Below are positions 47,418-60,900 of a DNA stretch of 64,000 nucleotides, in pieces (the first letter of the stretch is position 1; the number at the start of each line of letters is the position of its first letter). The stretch is from Vitrella brassicaformis CCMP3155. Its lineage: Eukaryota > Protista > Chromerida. The notes below the pieces were generated by a model. It was not told the DNA's origin. It did no database searches and saw only the letters and a list, made by a program, of their open reading frames with translations. Location: the NCBI GenBank assembly GCA_001179505.1, contig CDMY01000358.1, forward strand, positions 1-64,000, written 5' to 3'. A program made the translations under genes and the position numbers.

Positions 47418-50400
47418 TCAGTCGAGGACCACACAGTCGGGCTGCTCCTTGTCCTTGGCTGGTGGTGCATCCCTCTGTGCTGCACCGAGGGCAGAGCCCT
47501 TGAAGCCACAGCGCTCGGCAGCGGGTTTCGGGGGCTCCGGAGGCACACCGCTGCCGTCATCCAACTCTGATCGATCACACAGAACACCACACGCACATTC
47601 ACAGGGGGGTCGATGGACGGATGACGCATGGATCGGATGGATGGATGGATGACGGATGGATGGATGGGTGCATGATATGATGCGTGTAGCCCGGCCTGCC
47701 TGCCTGCCTGCCTGCCTGTGTGGGTGGGTGGGTGGGTGGCTCTGCTGCCACCTGACCTGAGAAGTCCAATATGTAGTTGGGTAGGTTGTCGTCGCTGCCG
47801 AGTGGGTGGTCGGTGGACACCTCGTACTGGAAGGTCGAGTGCTCCGTCGCACCCAGGTGATGCAGCGTGTAGGAGGCCGTGGTAGGCGTCATCTTCACCA
47901 GGCCCTTGGGCGTCGTCAGCCACAGACGAAACTTGTAGAAACCCGCATCCGCTGGGCAAGCAAGGAAGGGAGGGAGGGAGGGATATAAAAGAAAGAGCGA
48001 GGCGCACACACACATACGGATGACAGACAGACAGACAGACAGACAGCCAGACAGACAGACAGATATAGAGAGATAGACACACAGATAGGGAGCCTGTCTG
48101 CCTGCCTGTCTGTCTGTCTGTCTGGCCGTGAGCAGCGGGTGTGTGCGTTTGGTGTGTGTCCTGTCTGTCCGTCCCCGCGATGCACTGCACTGCATATGTA
48201 TGGCTTACTCATGACGGCGTCGAAGACCTTGGACCATGCGTCCTGGAAGGAGTCGGTGCTGGCGACATTGATGGTCTTGTTGGCCCCGCCCGCACGGGTG
48301 CGTGGGCCGGCCCTCGGGGCCGCACCCTCAGTGTGTTTGTTGTGGATGGCCAAGTCACGCGAGTCGAAGTTGCGGCTCTCCTCGGCTATCTCGTCCGCCT
48401 TCTCCTTCAAACAACTCGCACACGGCTCCTCGGTCCACAGCAAACCGATGCTCAACACAGACCTGAACACACACACACACACACGCACACACACACGCAC
48501 ACGCACACGCACACGCACACACACACATATACCTTGACAAACAATGTCACATCTTCCCTCCCTCCCTCTCTCTCCCGCTGTCCGTCCGTCCGTCCGTCCG
48601 TCCGTCCCTTGCACGCAACGCCACGGCCACTTGTCTGGCCCCGCCCATCTACCTACCTTTTGGGATTGTCTGTAGTGTCTTGAAGTGAGCCAATGTCGTG
48701 GAACCTCCGGCCACCGTGGGTGGTGCCGCCCCCGACCACCTCGCCATCCAGCTGCTGCTGGCCACCGCCCTCACGTGGCTGCCAGATGAGCTGGAAGCCC
48801 GGCCAGGTGTCCTTGTCGCAGTCCGGGGCCTTGGGGAACAGGTCGCTGCTCATGAGGTAGTCGAACTCCTCCTCTGTCGCTATCATGTATCGCCGGCTCA
48901 CCGTCTGTGGCAGCACGAACTGGTGCCGCGAGACGCCCTTGTCGCCCTTGACAGGGGCGACGTGGCCATTGGCGCCCGCCTTGGTGCTGCTGCTCGACTG
49001 TCGCTTCTCGACGTCGTTGAGGAGGTGTGTGGGGTCGTAGCAGGGCCTGGGGTGGGTGCACTTGCACAGCAATGGAGTGGGGTCGAGGGGGTCGGGGGTG
49101 ACGGCCACCTCCTGCTTCTCGGCGCGTATGTACTCGATGTACTGGGTGAACCACTTGCCGTCGAGCAGGAAGTACTTGCCCTGGACGGGGACCTTGGGGT
49201 GGCCGCGGGGCACCTTGCCGTAGTGGTGGATGTCCTGCTGGTCGGGCACGTCGACGGGAATGGCCCCACTGCTGAGGTACAACAGCTCCGCCGTCAGCTC
49301 CTCCACCGTCTTCTTCCACTCGGCCCTCTCGCTGTGCTCGGTCTGGAGCCGGTCCTTGCACTCGGGGCAGGGCTCGTTGGTGGCCCACAGCGGCTCCCCT
49401 CCGTGGCTGGTGCAGTACTCGATCACAGGCGCCTTGGCCACGCCCAGCAGCTTCTCGAGCACCTCCCTCTGCTTGCCGTTGTTGGCAATCAGACGGTGGA
49501 TGTAGTCGACCCTCACCTCAGCCTTGGTGGCGCCCTTGGCCTGCTTCACACCGGGGCCCTTGAGCGTAGGCAGCAGCCGACCGTGCTCGCAGATGATGTT
49601 CTCGTGCAAGATCTTGTCCTTGCTCTTCATCGGACCTGCCGCTGGGGGTGGTGCTCCTCCCGCCTTGCCACCCGCTGCAGCACCACCGCCCTCGTCGCCT
49701 GCGGTGGCACCCCTGCCACCCTCACCGCCATCCCCGTTTGCCTGCTCGGCCTCAGGACCACCACCCTCACCACCACCAGCACCACCGTCCGCCGGCTGAT
49801 CGTCCGTGTCGAGTTCGATGGGGTCGTCGTTGGACGCCCCGTCAGCTTCAGCAGCGCCGCCGTCTGGCTTGTCTCCTCCTCCTTTGTCGTTTGCCGCCAC
49901 TGGGTCGTCTCCCAAGCCACTCTGCATGGGCTGGTCGTCGTCCTCGACGTCGATGACCATCTCATCGGCCGCGCCGCCCTCGTTGTCGGCTTTCTTGGCC
50001 TTGTCTGTGTGGTCAAGGTTGGCTGTGGTAGCGGCGTCCTTGAGCTGGTCGGGCCGTGGCTGCTCCTGCTCCTTTCGCAGGGCGGCCACGAGCTTGCGTG
50101 CCTCGTCGTGGAGCTGCTGGTGGGAGAATGTGGGTTTGGGTGGGTCCTTGGTCTTGGCGTTCTTGTTGCCCCTGACGTCTGTCTTGACGCCGACCTTCTG
50201 GGCCCACTCGTTGACGGGCTTCTTGTTGATCCACACGTTGCGGCTGTCGGCGGCTGTCCTCTTGGTGGTGGCGGCATTCTTCCTCACGTCCATGGCAATG
50301 AGGTAGAAGAGCTCCCGCTCCTCACGGATGAGCTGCGCCAACCGCCACAGGCCCCACGTGCAGGGCAGGCACATGGCAGCCTTGGCCGACACGCCCTCTA

Positions 50401-53400
50401 TCGCCTTGGGACGCACCAGCGGGGGCTCACCGTTGAAGATGATGGACAGGACTGACTTGGGCAGCAGCTTGGTGCGACCGTCAGACACGCTCAGGGGGTC
50501 GATGCCGCCCTCCCAGCTGCCGAAGCCATTCAGCTGCCGAGACATACTCCTCTTCCAATCCTGAATGAAAGCCGACAGAGGAGGGGGGAGNNNNNNNNNN
50601 NNNNNNNNNNNNNNNNNNNNNNNNNNNNNNNNNNNNNNNNNNNNNNNNNNNNNNNNNNNNNNNNNNNNNNNNNNNNNNNNNNNNNNNNNNNNNNNNNNNN
50701 NNNNNNNNNNNNNNNNNNNNNNNNNNNNNNNNNNNNNNNNNNNNNNNNNNNNNNNNNNNNNNNNNNNNNNNNNNNNNNNNNNNNNNNNNNNNNNNNNNNN
50801 NNNNNNNNNNNNNNNNNNNNNNNNNNNNNNNNNNNNNNNNNNNNNNNNNNNNNNNNNNNNNNNNNNNNNNNNNNNNNNNNNNNNNNNNNNGAGGGTGGAG
50901 GCGGCACACACATACAGCCATGGAAGTGAGTGAATGAGTGATGCCCGTCTGTCTGTCTGTCTGTCTGTCTGCGCCTCCCTCACTGTGCCGTGCAGTGCAG
51001 TGCAGTGCCTGTGTGTGGTGGTGACTGTGCTGTGTCTGTCGTTATGCCTGTGTGTTTGACCCACCTGGAATTGGCTGAGCTCCGACTCATCGACGGCCCG
51101 ACTGCCGGATATGCCTCCCCTGGGCGCCGCAGCCTCCGCCCTGCCCCACGGGCGCTGGCCGACCCCATTGACGCCCTCGTGTGTGTGGTGTTGGTTGGTG
51201 GTGGTGGTGTCATCGCCGTCCTTGAGGGGCGCGTTGAGGCTGGCCATGACGGGGTGATGGTGGCACAAGATGGTCGTGTAGTCGATGGCCTTGGGACGCA
51301 CACACGTCAGGTCGTCATGATCCATCGACACACACTCCACCTCAGGATGGTCACCCACATCGCCGTTCAGCACCGCCGCACCGGCGGGGCCGCATCCCTC
51401 GCCCTCTAGCGCACTCTGGCCACCCATGGCCCCTCCTGGCTGCTCACCACCACCACTACCACCAGCGGCAGCGGCAGCGGCAGACTCGGACACATCCATT
51501 GGGCGAGGGGCGGGGGATGCCGCTAGATCCGCACCGTTGGCAGGGTGGTCGTTGGGTGGTGGTTGGGGCGGTATTGGTTGTTGGTTGTGGGTGGTGGGTT
51601 TGCGGAGGGAGAGTGCCTTGTGTCGTCCGATGGCATCCTCGCCGTTGCACCAGTCTTGGAACCACGTGAAGGGCACCCATGTCCTGTCGTCAAGCATCTC
51701 GGAGATGAAGTCCTCCCTCTTCTTGACCAGGGCCGGCCGCCTGACGTCGGGGTCCTCCAGCCGCAAGGTGACATCCTTGTCGCGCAGCTTGCGGCCCAGG
51801 CTGCCAATGGCCTTGTCAATGGCCTCGTCCACACTGTTCACCTCACTCTTGCGGTGCTCGACAAATGCCTCCGCCTTGACCTTCTGACGGTTGTACTCCT
51901 CCTGTGAGTAGACAACACACACAGCAGACAGGCAGACAGCCAAATGAGAGGACGAAGGTGCAATGCAAACGGTGCCTCCCTCCCTCCCTGCCTGCCTGCC
52001 TGCCCGCCTGCCTCCCTCCGACATGCATGTATGTATGTATGTATGTATGTGGGTTGTCGGATACATACAGATGTACACACACACCTATACGTACGGTACG
52101 TATACACATCCAATAAATACCTGGTCCCTGACGAGTATGCCGTTCTTTTCCTGGACGACCTCCTGCACCTCTGGCGGCAGCTCAGCCTTGTCCATCGGCT
52201 GCCAGTCGCGACGCTTATACAGGATGAGATAGGCCTTCTGGCTCGAGTTGAAGCGCCGCTTGGCCGCAGTGGGATGGTCGTCGGACACGACGTCCTTGCG
52301 CTGTTTGTTGCGTGGCGGGTTGCGCCGCGGCCGGGGCCCGCCTGGTGGACCACCACCACCACCACCGTCACCTCCACCTCCCTCGACGGGTGGGGCCTCC
52401 TCGTCCATCGGTAAGGGGTCCGACGGCTGGTCAGGGTCAGAGGCGATCGGCCCGGGCGGCCCATCATCGCCGTCCACACCTCCTGGCTGGTGGTCCACGT
52501 CTCCATCACCACCACCATCAGCAGCAGCGGCAGCGGCAGCGGCAGCGGCAGGTTCGGTGTCAGGGAGGGTGACGTTCTGTGCGACCTCCTCGTTGGATCG
52601 GAAGCAAAGCTTCTTCTCCTTGACGGTTGTGTCGTCATACTCGACCCACTTCCAGGGACCAGTGTACTTGACTGGCCGGTCCAGCGGGGCGTCCTCGCTG
52701 GCCATCTCGTCGTCTCCTCCCCCCGCCTTGTCCTTCTCGGCCTTCGCCCTGCCCTTCTTGCCTCGCCCGTTGCCGGCGGGGGGTGGGGGGGGGGGTGGAG
52801 GCGGTGGGAGGGCAGCCTCTTGCTCCTTCTTGTCCACCTCAGCCTGCTTGCGCTTCTTCTGACGGTCGCTCTGGCGCATGCCGGGCATGGCCTCCTGCAG
52901 GCCCTCTCCAGGATCGGGCGCATCGGGCTTGACATGCTCATCGATGCCATTGACCTGTTGGTCGAGGCCGTCTGCACCATCCCCCTCGACGACATCCATG
53001 TCGTCTGGCTCCTCCTTGGCCGCCACCGCATCAACGTCCATCTTGACGCCAGCTTCGTGACGATCTGCCCCCTCGGCTGGCGGGTGGGTGGGCTGCCCGT
53101 CAGCCATGTCATCATCATGGGGCTGGGTGCCACCCTTGTGGCCTCCGTCGGCCCCTCCTCTGCCTCCCTTGGGCGGGGCACCACCCTTGAGGCCCTGTCC
53201 AGGCATGACCGCACGTGCGGGCTGCGGTGCCTCGTCCACCTCGGCCTCGAGGTCGATGACCGGTGGCTGCCGAGGGGGCCGGTGTGGCGAAGAGGGCGAG
53301 AAGAAGTCTTGAATGGTGGGTTGGCCGGGGGAGCGCTCGTCGGAGTCCCTGGCCTTCTTCTTCTTGCCCGCCCCCCGCCCCCCGGCCCCACCACCCCCCT

Positions 53401-56280
53401 TGGCACGCCCCTTGGCGGCTCCCTTCCGCTTGGCCTTGGCCTTGGCCTTGCGACCTCTCTGCCCCCCCGCAGGTCGGTAGTCGGGGTCGTCATGGCCCTC
53501 GCTGTCATCATCGTCCAGACGGATGCAGCCGTCACCACCCTCAGCCGCTCGCACCCCCTGCCGCTTGCGGCCGCGGCGAGGAGCGGGAGCGCCGTCGAGG
53601 TCGAGCGGTGCGTTGTCCTTGACCTTGCGTCGCTTGGGGCCCTTGGCACCGTCGGGGTGGTCATCGGCGTCATCGTCGGCATCAGCGTCGGCATCATGAT
53701 CATCATCTCCCTCAGGGTCGTAGTCCTCCTCGTCAACATCTATGTCGATGCCGCCGCCCCGTTTGTTGCCGCCCTTGTTGCCGCCCTTGGCACCCCGCCT
53801 GTTGTCGCCGGGTGGGAGGTTGTCACGTGGGGCGTCCGGGTCGTCTGGCTCGCTGGCAGCGGCCTTGTCCTTGTCGTAGTGGAGGTCCTTGAGGATGGCG
53901 GTGTAGTGTCCATGCTGTGCCGACTGGCCATGGTGCTCGAGTACGCCAATGAGGTCGTACTCGTACATGCGGTCGTCGGTGACGGGGACAGTCACCGGCG
54001 GGCCGCTGACCTCCCCGTCGGCGAGGACGACGGTGCCGTTGTAGGGCATGACGGCCCGCACGACGCCCAGCTTGTTGACGTAGGGCTTGACGTTGATGTA
54101 CTCGGGGTACTCGACGGAGGTGTTGACCTTCTTGCGCTGCAGCGTCTGGGGGTCGTAGGCGTACCGCTCCAGACAGACGTGCAGGTACGGCGGCAACACC
54201 GTCAGCTGGTTGTACCGGTCGGCGTCCTGCTTGCCCTCGCAGCTACCGCACTCGTACTGGTTGTCACCCTCCAACGCCTCCTTGTCGAAGATGCGATTCA
54301 AACCCACCTCCACCTGGAACGGGGAAGACTTGGCCGCCGCCCCACCACCACCACCCGCCTTGCCCTCACCAGCAGCAGCTGCAGCAGGGGCCTCCTTGGC
54401 CGCCGCCTTGTTGGCCTTCATACGCTTCAAACGGCCGGTGCGATTGGCCATGCCGTTAGCCAGCTGCTGCGCGTCGAGGTCATCGGCGGCCATGACAGCG
54501 GCCTCGCCACCCTCGTGCTGGCCGCCCTTGGCCCCACACTCACCCCCGCCGCCCCCCTGCGGTCTTTCCCCATCCGTGGGCTGTTGTTGGCCACCCTTGT
54601 CGCCACCCTGCTTCCTGGCATTGGCTCGCTTGTCTTGTGCGGGTACGGAGACGCGTAGCTCCGAGAAGTCCTCCTCTCGGTGTGAGCTGGTCTTGCATCC
54701 GCGGCAGGTCGTGACGCGCTGCATGGTGCCCTTGAAGAGGTCCGGGACGATGTTGCGGTGGCGGGCCTTGCGGAGATCCTCCTCCAGATGGGTCAACAGC
54801 AGAGTCGCAAACTCGGTCGCGTCCTCCTGGTTCCCCGTCTCGATCTTGAGCGCCTCAGCCACCTCACTCGGGTCAGTACTCGACGCGTGACCTGGGACGT
54901 ACAGACCACGGCAACACACACACACACACACACACGTATGTATAGGCGACACACGATCTGCGATCCGTCTGTTTGTTTTGTTGCCTGCGATGCGCAGCGC
55001 ACGTACCGTCCTGGAGCAGCCCAAACAAATTCTGGAGTGGTATGAGCACATCTCGCTGCTTGTCAACGTCCGTCCATGTCGTTCGGTCCCGAGGCACACG
55101 CAGCAACCGGACGGAGAAATCGGTATTCTGACACGACACACATACGCACACTCGTATGCACCAACAGCCCCGGAGGGCATCAATCGGATGTATGTATGTA
55201 TGTATGTATGCGTGTGAGGGGCATCCCACCCTCCCACCCACCCACCATATGCAGGTATTGCAGGAACGAGTTCATGTAGCAGGTGGCGCCAAGATTGCGC
55301 AGACCAACATACCTGCACACAACCACACAGACAGACACACAGTGGCTGGCTGGCTGGCTGCATGGCCCCGAGCCACCCACCCACATAGATACAGCCGACA
55401 CCGGCCACCCACCACAGCCACCCACCAGTGGGTGCCCTCCCTGCCCACCCCACCTTCGCTCCGTCGTACCTACCTGCATCTTCGGATGGAGTTGGTAGGA
55501 TCATTGCCGACGAGCTCCTTCAGGATGCCATTCTTCTTCCACAACTTGCCCTTCTTGTCGTAACGCAGGCTCAGCGGATTCTGGCTGTCCTTCCGAGCCT
55601 TGCTCGTCGACGGCAACTCACTGCCACACACACGCACACATCAACAAACCCGTCAGTGCGCATCCCGTGCACCTCCCTCGCCGTCTGTAGCCACCTGTTG
55701 AGGTTGTACGCGTCGATGACGGCTGACGTCGTCGCCAACTCACGAGCCATCGGCGGCGCCGGGACGTGCACACTCAAACAAAGGCGCTACGGGATGTCAG
55801 CATGTCGCATAGAGGCGTTTCAACACAGATCTCTGTCATTCACTATCCGCAAGGGATGATCGATCTCCACTTTTTGGTGCTTCCGCGAAACCAGTTCGGT
55901 GTTCCAGTGTGTTAAGTCATTGATTGATTGGATGACAACAAGGACGGCAAAACGGGACATACATACATGAACACGAGTGCACAGGGGTCGATGCAGAGTA
56001 GATAGATGAGATGCTCCCTCAGGAAAAAACCAACCATATGAATGGGTCTGACTCAACACTCACGCACACGCGCACGGACCATTTCTGTCTGGTGGAGGCA
56101 TTTCGTCCCCCCATCCATCCATCCATCCATCCACCCACACAGTCCGTCGACGAACCAGCCATGCACCGAGCCGAACCACCAACACGACGGTACGGACGTC
56201 CCCTACCCAACCAACGCATGACAGACAACTGACTGACCTGTACGTATGTATGTATGTATGTGCGCATCTCCTCACCTCAT
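47418..56280 (-). CDS. USP48: Ubiquitin-specific protease of the USP48/UBP26 type (USP catalytic domain, DUSP repeats, Ubl)
   Basis: Cys box VGLRNLGATCYMNSFLQ; QEDATEF; His box GVLEHHGQSAQHGHYTA; WVEYDD; AYLILY; DUSP-like WVPFTWFQDW, IICEHGRL and KYFLLDGKW; C-terminal ERCGFKGSAL similar to the USP48 E-GFKGT-L tail. The start exon is uncertain and a gap at 50591-50890 falls in an intron. Confidence 0.85.
50591..50890. other. Assembly gap (300 N) in a USP48 intron
   Basis: N run flanked by G-rich sequence. Confidence 0.99.
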
Positions 56281-56296
56281 CGTTGTCTATATGTAT

Positions 56297-57281
56297 CTAG
56301 TCGGATGTCTGTTCTTCTCTACCCCGCGCCTCACTATCGGAAATCCCTGTGCTGCCCCCTTTCTCCTGTCCACCCTCTCCTCCCTCGTCCCCGTCCTTTT
56401 CCCCCTTGTCTGGGTCCTGAGACCCTGCCGTAGCCGACCTTAGCGCCAAAGGCAGGGGACACAGCAGCCACAACAGGAACAGCGCAGCCAAAGCTACTGC
56501 TTTGTTCGTCACCCCTCTCCGCCCTTGCCGCTTGTCCCGGCCTCTCAAGACGGCTATCCACACCGCAGCCAAGCCAGTCCACGCAGCGTGAATGACGGCA
56601 GAGGTCGCCGAGGACGTCAGCCGCACTGCCAGCGACGAGCAACTTACGGGGGAACGGGTGCTGCTCGAGGGGGACGGGGACGACGACGGGCAAGAACGGT
56701 TTAACGCACGGCCCTCGTACGTCTGATTGAATGAACCGACAGACCAACAACAACACACGCACAGACGCAGGCAGGGACCACACACCAACACACGCACAGT
56801 GAGAGTACGGGTGGGTGCGGCGCACTAGCCCCCCCGTTCTTTCTGTCTGTATCCGTGTATGCATATGGTTGGTCCTACGTACGTACCTGGTCTGTGCAAG
56901 TCGAGTTGTCCCTGTCTGTCTGTCTGTCTGTCTGTGTGTGTGTATGTATGTGTGTGTGTGTATGTATGTGGTTTGGGTGCGGCTGTGCGTCCCTTAGTTT
57001 GTACGTACCTGGACGAGAAAGGTGACGGTTCGGCTTTGGCCGATGGCCTGTCGGGCATTGAAGAGCCAGCTCTTTCTTGCGTTTGCTTCGGCGGGCTGTT
57101 CATGGGCGCTGGTGGTGGCCGTGCTGCTAGTAGCTTTGTCGCGATGTCGGGTGAAGAGGGCGAGTGTGTGTCCCCCCCTTTGCCGCGTGTCCCAGTACCC
57201 CTCTCTGCCCTCTCTTTGTCTCCATGACGGCAGCTCCTCGATGCTCAGCTCCTTGTGCTCGTCGATGGGCGGGAGGGCCAT
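56297..57281 (-). CDS. Hypothetical two-exon protein with two hydrophobic segments (or 5' exons of USP48)
   Basis: [10 protein letters not shown]...FLVQ|TYEGRAL...[13 protein letters not shown]...[19 protein letters not shown].... The stop lies only 17 nt from the putative USP48 ATG. Confidence 0.4.
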
Positions 57282-57993
57282 ATGTATTGCCGGGGATAGA
57301 TAGATAGAACCGTGGGTGGGATGGGCTGCCCGCTCGATGAGCTGTCCTCTCCTCTCCTTCCCCTCCTCGCTTCTTTACCACTCTCACTCACAACCAAAAA
57401 CAAACAACACCATACACCCTCCCATTTCGTCCCGAAATGCGCGCTCAAAGGCTCGCCAACCACCGTGGCATGAAAAGATTGTGGGTTGTGTGTTGTTTGT
57501 GTGTGGGTGTTGAAGCACGAGAGTTGCTCAAGCTGAACAGGAAGGTGAGGGATCATCCGGTCCATCCACAGACAGATCACGACAGACATGGCATCTGTCA
57601 GCATGTCTGGTCGCATTCATCCAGACCGGCACGACACATGCGAATGAGCCTCTTTGCTCCATCGAGTATCGGATCTGCATCTGATCTACCTTGTCGCCGC
57701 GTCTGCATGTCTTGTGTGTGCAGCTCACCAGCTTCGTTGTGTCTGGGCTGAGGACCTCTGGTGGGCCTCTGCGGATACGCCGCCACTTCAAAAGTAGACC
57801 AGGTATGCCAGCCAGCCAGTGCACATGACGAATCGACCGACCGTCGGACAGCGAGCACGACACTCCACTCGCTCACAGCGAGTGGCCCGCCACATGCACA
57901 TGACATGACGTACTCGCGTGTGGGTGTGTGGTGTGTGGGTGTGTGGTGTGGTGTGCAGGTGCGAGTGTGTCAGGGCGACCCCCTGTCGCAGAT

Positions 57994-60900
57994 ATGTCGA
58001 GGAGCCTGCTCGACTACGGCTTCACTGCCCAATCGAAAGGTACATACATCCACAGCCACCCGTCCGAGTGTTTGGTTTCCCGACCACCAATTGCTGGTGT
58101 GTCGTGTGGTGTCGTGTGGTGCACCCATATGCACTCAGGTGGTGGCGCGTCGTCGTCGCAGCAAGCTGGCGACGCAGATGGACAAGACAAGGCGTCCAAG
58201 AAAGGTAAATCAAGAAGTGGTGCATACATACATGTAACACGACACCACCCCCTGCCGCTCATGCAAGGCGTTCGTTACGTCAGGTGTGGCGAAGGGTAGC
58301 AGTGCAGCGGCGGCGGCAGCGGCGCCACCCAAAGGCAAGAAGCGCGCCAAGCCTCAAGGTCGAAAATGCTGGGAGGGAGGGAGGGAGGCAGGCAGGCAGG
58401 GAGGGAAACACATAACAAACACCCACTCGCCCAGTGCAGGAAGGACAGGCAGACTGCCTGTCTGTCTGTCTGTCTGTCTGTCTGTCACAAGTAGAGCGCT
58501 GGATGGATGCAACTGTCTGTCTGTGCAATGTGTTTGGTGTGTTGTTTGTGTTGATGCCCATCCCATCCCATCCCTCAGTGTCTGAGGAGGATGAAGCCGA
58601 CGTGACCCCCGAGCACAAGGGCAAGGACGACCAGGACATGGACCAGTCAGATGACATGCAGGTGGGGAGGGAGCCAAGTCGATACACACAGACATACTGA
58701 GCGGGGGAAGTTGTGCACCTCGCATGGCGGGACCTGATGGATGCCGTCCTCTTTATCCTCCCCATGTGTGTCCCGTGCGTGTGTATCAATCAGGATGAAG
58801 GCGAGGATGGTGACATGTTGGCTGGATCGGGTGGTGTGGCATGTGTGGTGGCATCCATTGTCTATCTGCATCCATCGATTGCATATGCGTGTTTGGTCAG
58901 ATGAGGTCGAGGACGACTCGGAACGCGAGGGCGACAACGAAGGTGGGTGGCGGGGCAGGGCTGTGATGGATGGATGCATGGATAGATGGATGGAACAGCC
59001 GACTGTCGTGTGGGTGTGGGTGTGTGTGTGTGTGTGTGCAGAGGTTGAGGATGCGTCTGAGGAGGACAAGGAGGAGCAAGCAGCCAAACGCATCAAAGGT
59101 AGGCAGGCAGGCAGGCAAGGGAGGGGGAGACAGATATATATCTATCTGTCTTGTCTGTCTCCCATCCATCCATCCATCCATACATACATACAGAATCCAT
59201 CCATCCATCCATCCATCCATATGTATGTATGTATGTATGTATACCCTTGTCTGTCCCCCACCGCACGTGCGGTGTGTGCGTCCCTTGATTGCTTATTAGT
59301 GTCAGGAGATTCGAAGCAGGGCAAGGCGGTGCTGAAGAAGGCCAAGGCTTCGGCCAAGAAGAAGGGCACCAAGAAGGCAGCGGGTGGCAGCGGGGCGCAG
59401 TCAGTCTTCGCCATCAACGTCACCAAGACACTCGACAAGGACCAGGACGCTGCTGACGCAAAGGACATCCAATCTCCCAAATTCGACCCCTCGCACTTCA
59501 ATGTCGACGACTACAAGCACAAAAAGGACGGAAAGGGACTCAAGTAAGGAAACCCACCCACTGGCCAGCGGGGAAGGAAGAGGTGGAAGGAAGTGGAGAG
59601 AGGTGGCAGTGAGCGACGGACGCACAGATGGACAGGCAGACAGACACACGCACAGACAGAGAGACAGAGAGACAGAGAGACAGCACCTCGACGGCGAGTA
59701 GAATGGGAAGGAGAAGAGGCCACAAGAGAAGGGCTCTCGGTCACCTTGGGTTTGGCCACGTTGTATAAATCAATGTGTGTAGGTATTGTCTGATAGCCGA
59801 AGCCTTCGACAAGATTGACGCGCTGAAAGGCAGCGGTTCGTCATCCAAGAAGATGTCAAACGCCATACTCACAAACCTATTCAGGTGAATGTCATCAAAC
59901 AAATCAAATCGGGTCGGAACCCTTCGATCGACATAAATGTAGAGTAGACAGCCAGAAATATAGGGAGGGAGGGAGGGAGGGAGGGCTCACAAGCTCCGCC
60001 TCTGCCAGCACGAAGCATTGAGTGTATGACTCAAATCGGCCGTGTGGTTCTTCTTTGTATGTGATTGTCAGGATCTTCATAGTGCACTGCCCCGGAGAGC
60101 TCAACGATGCTGTGTACCTCTGCATGAACAAGTACACACCACCCACTGAATGAATGCACCATCCACCCACCGCTTGTATCCGCCTGAGCCCGCCAATTGT
60201 CTCTCTGTGTGTGCCATCCATCCATCTACTCACCCCAATGATTGAATCAAGAGTTGCCCCGGACTACGAGGTACGCACGTGCATTGCATGCGTCCTGCCG
60301 AGCTGCCACCCTCCCTCCCGTATGGCTGCCACATCTGTGTGTCAATATATTGTGTGTATCAGGGGATCGAGCTGGGTGTTGGTGACTCACTCATCATCAA
60401 GGCTATATCGGAAATGAGCGGGCGGACAGAAGCACACATCAAGAAAGGTATGCCACCACTCGACACGCGCTCTATCCATTGATTGACACACGAGAGCTCT
60501 TGTGTGGGCCCAAACGTCTGGGCATCCCTTTCTGCCTGCCTGCCTGCCTGTGCCGTGTGTCCAGACGCAGAAGCGCTAGCTGATTTGGGTCAGCTGGCAG
60601 TCACGTCCCGCCAGACGCAGCGCATGCTCTTTCAGCCCGAACCCCTCGCCGTCCGCAAAGTGCTCGAGAGCTTCCGGGCCATCGCCAAAATCAGCGGAAA
60701 CGATGCCCAAAAGCGAAAGAAGGACAAGGTAGGTAGGGCAGCTGAGCTGGGTGGGTGGGCCTCCTGAAGCCACATACACGTGGTTGTCACACATGTGTGT
60801 TTGCGTCTGTGTGTACATGTGGGTGTCAGGTCAAAGGTTTGCTGGTAGCTTCGAAGGGCAGCGAAGCCAAGTATATCGTCCGCCACCTTCAAGGCAGGCT

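Noticed and set aside
48653-52084. 1143-aa ORF as a single exon
   Set aside because: It reads through an intron and a 300-N gap. The region is part of the spliced USP48 gene.
52490-54658. 722-aa plus-strand ORF (also 48698-50455 plus, 51838-53739 minus and 14969-16114 minus)
   Set aside because: These are antisense or alternative-frame shadows of GC-rich coding exons, with no recognisable motifs.
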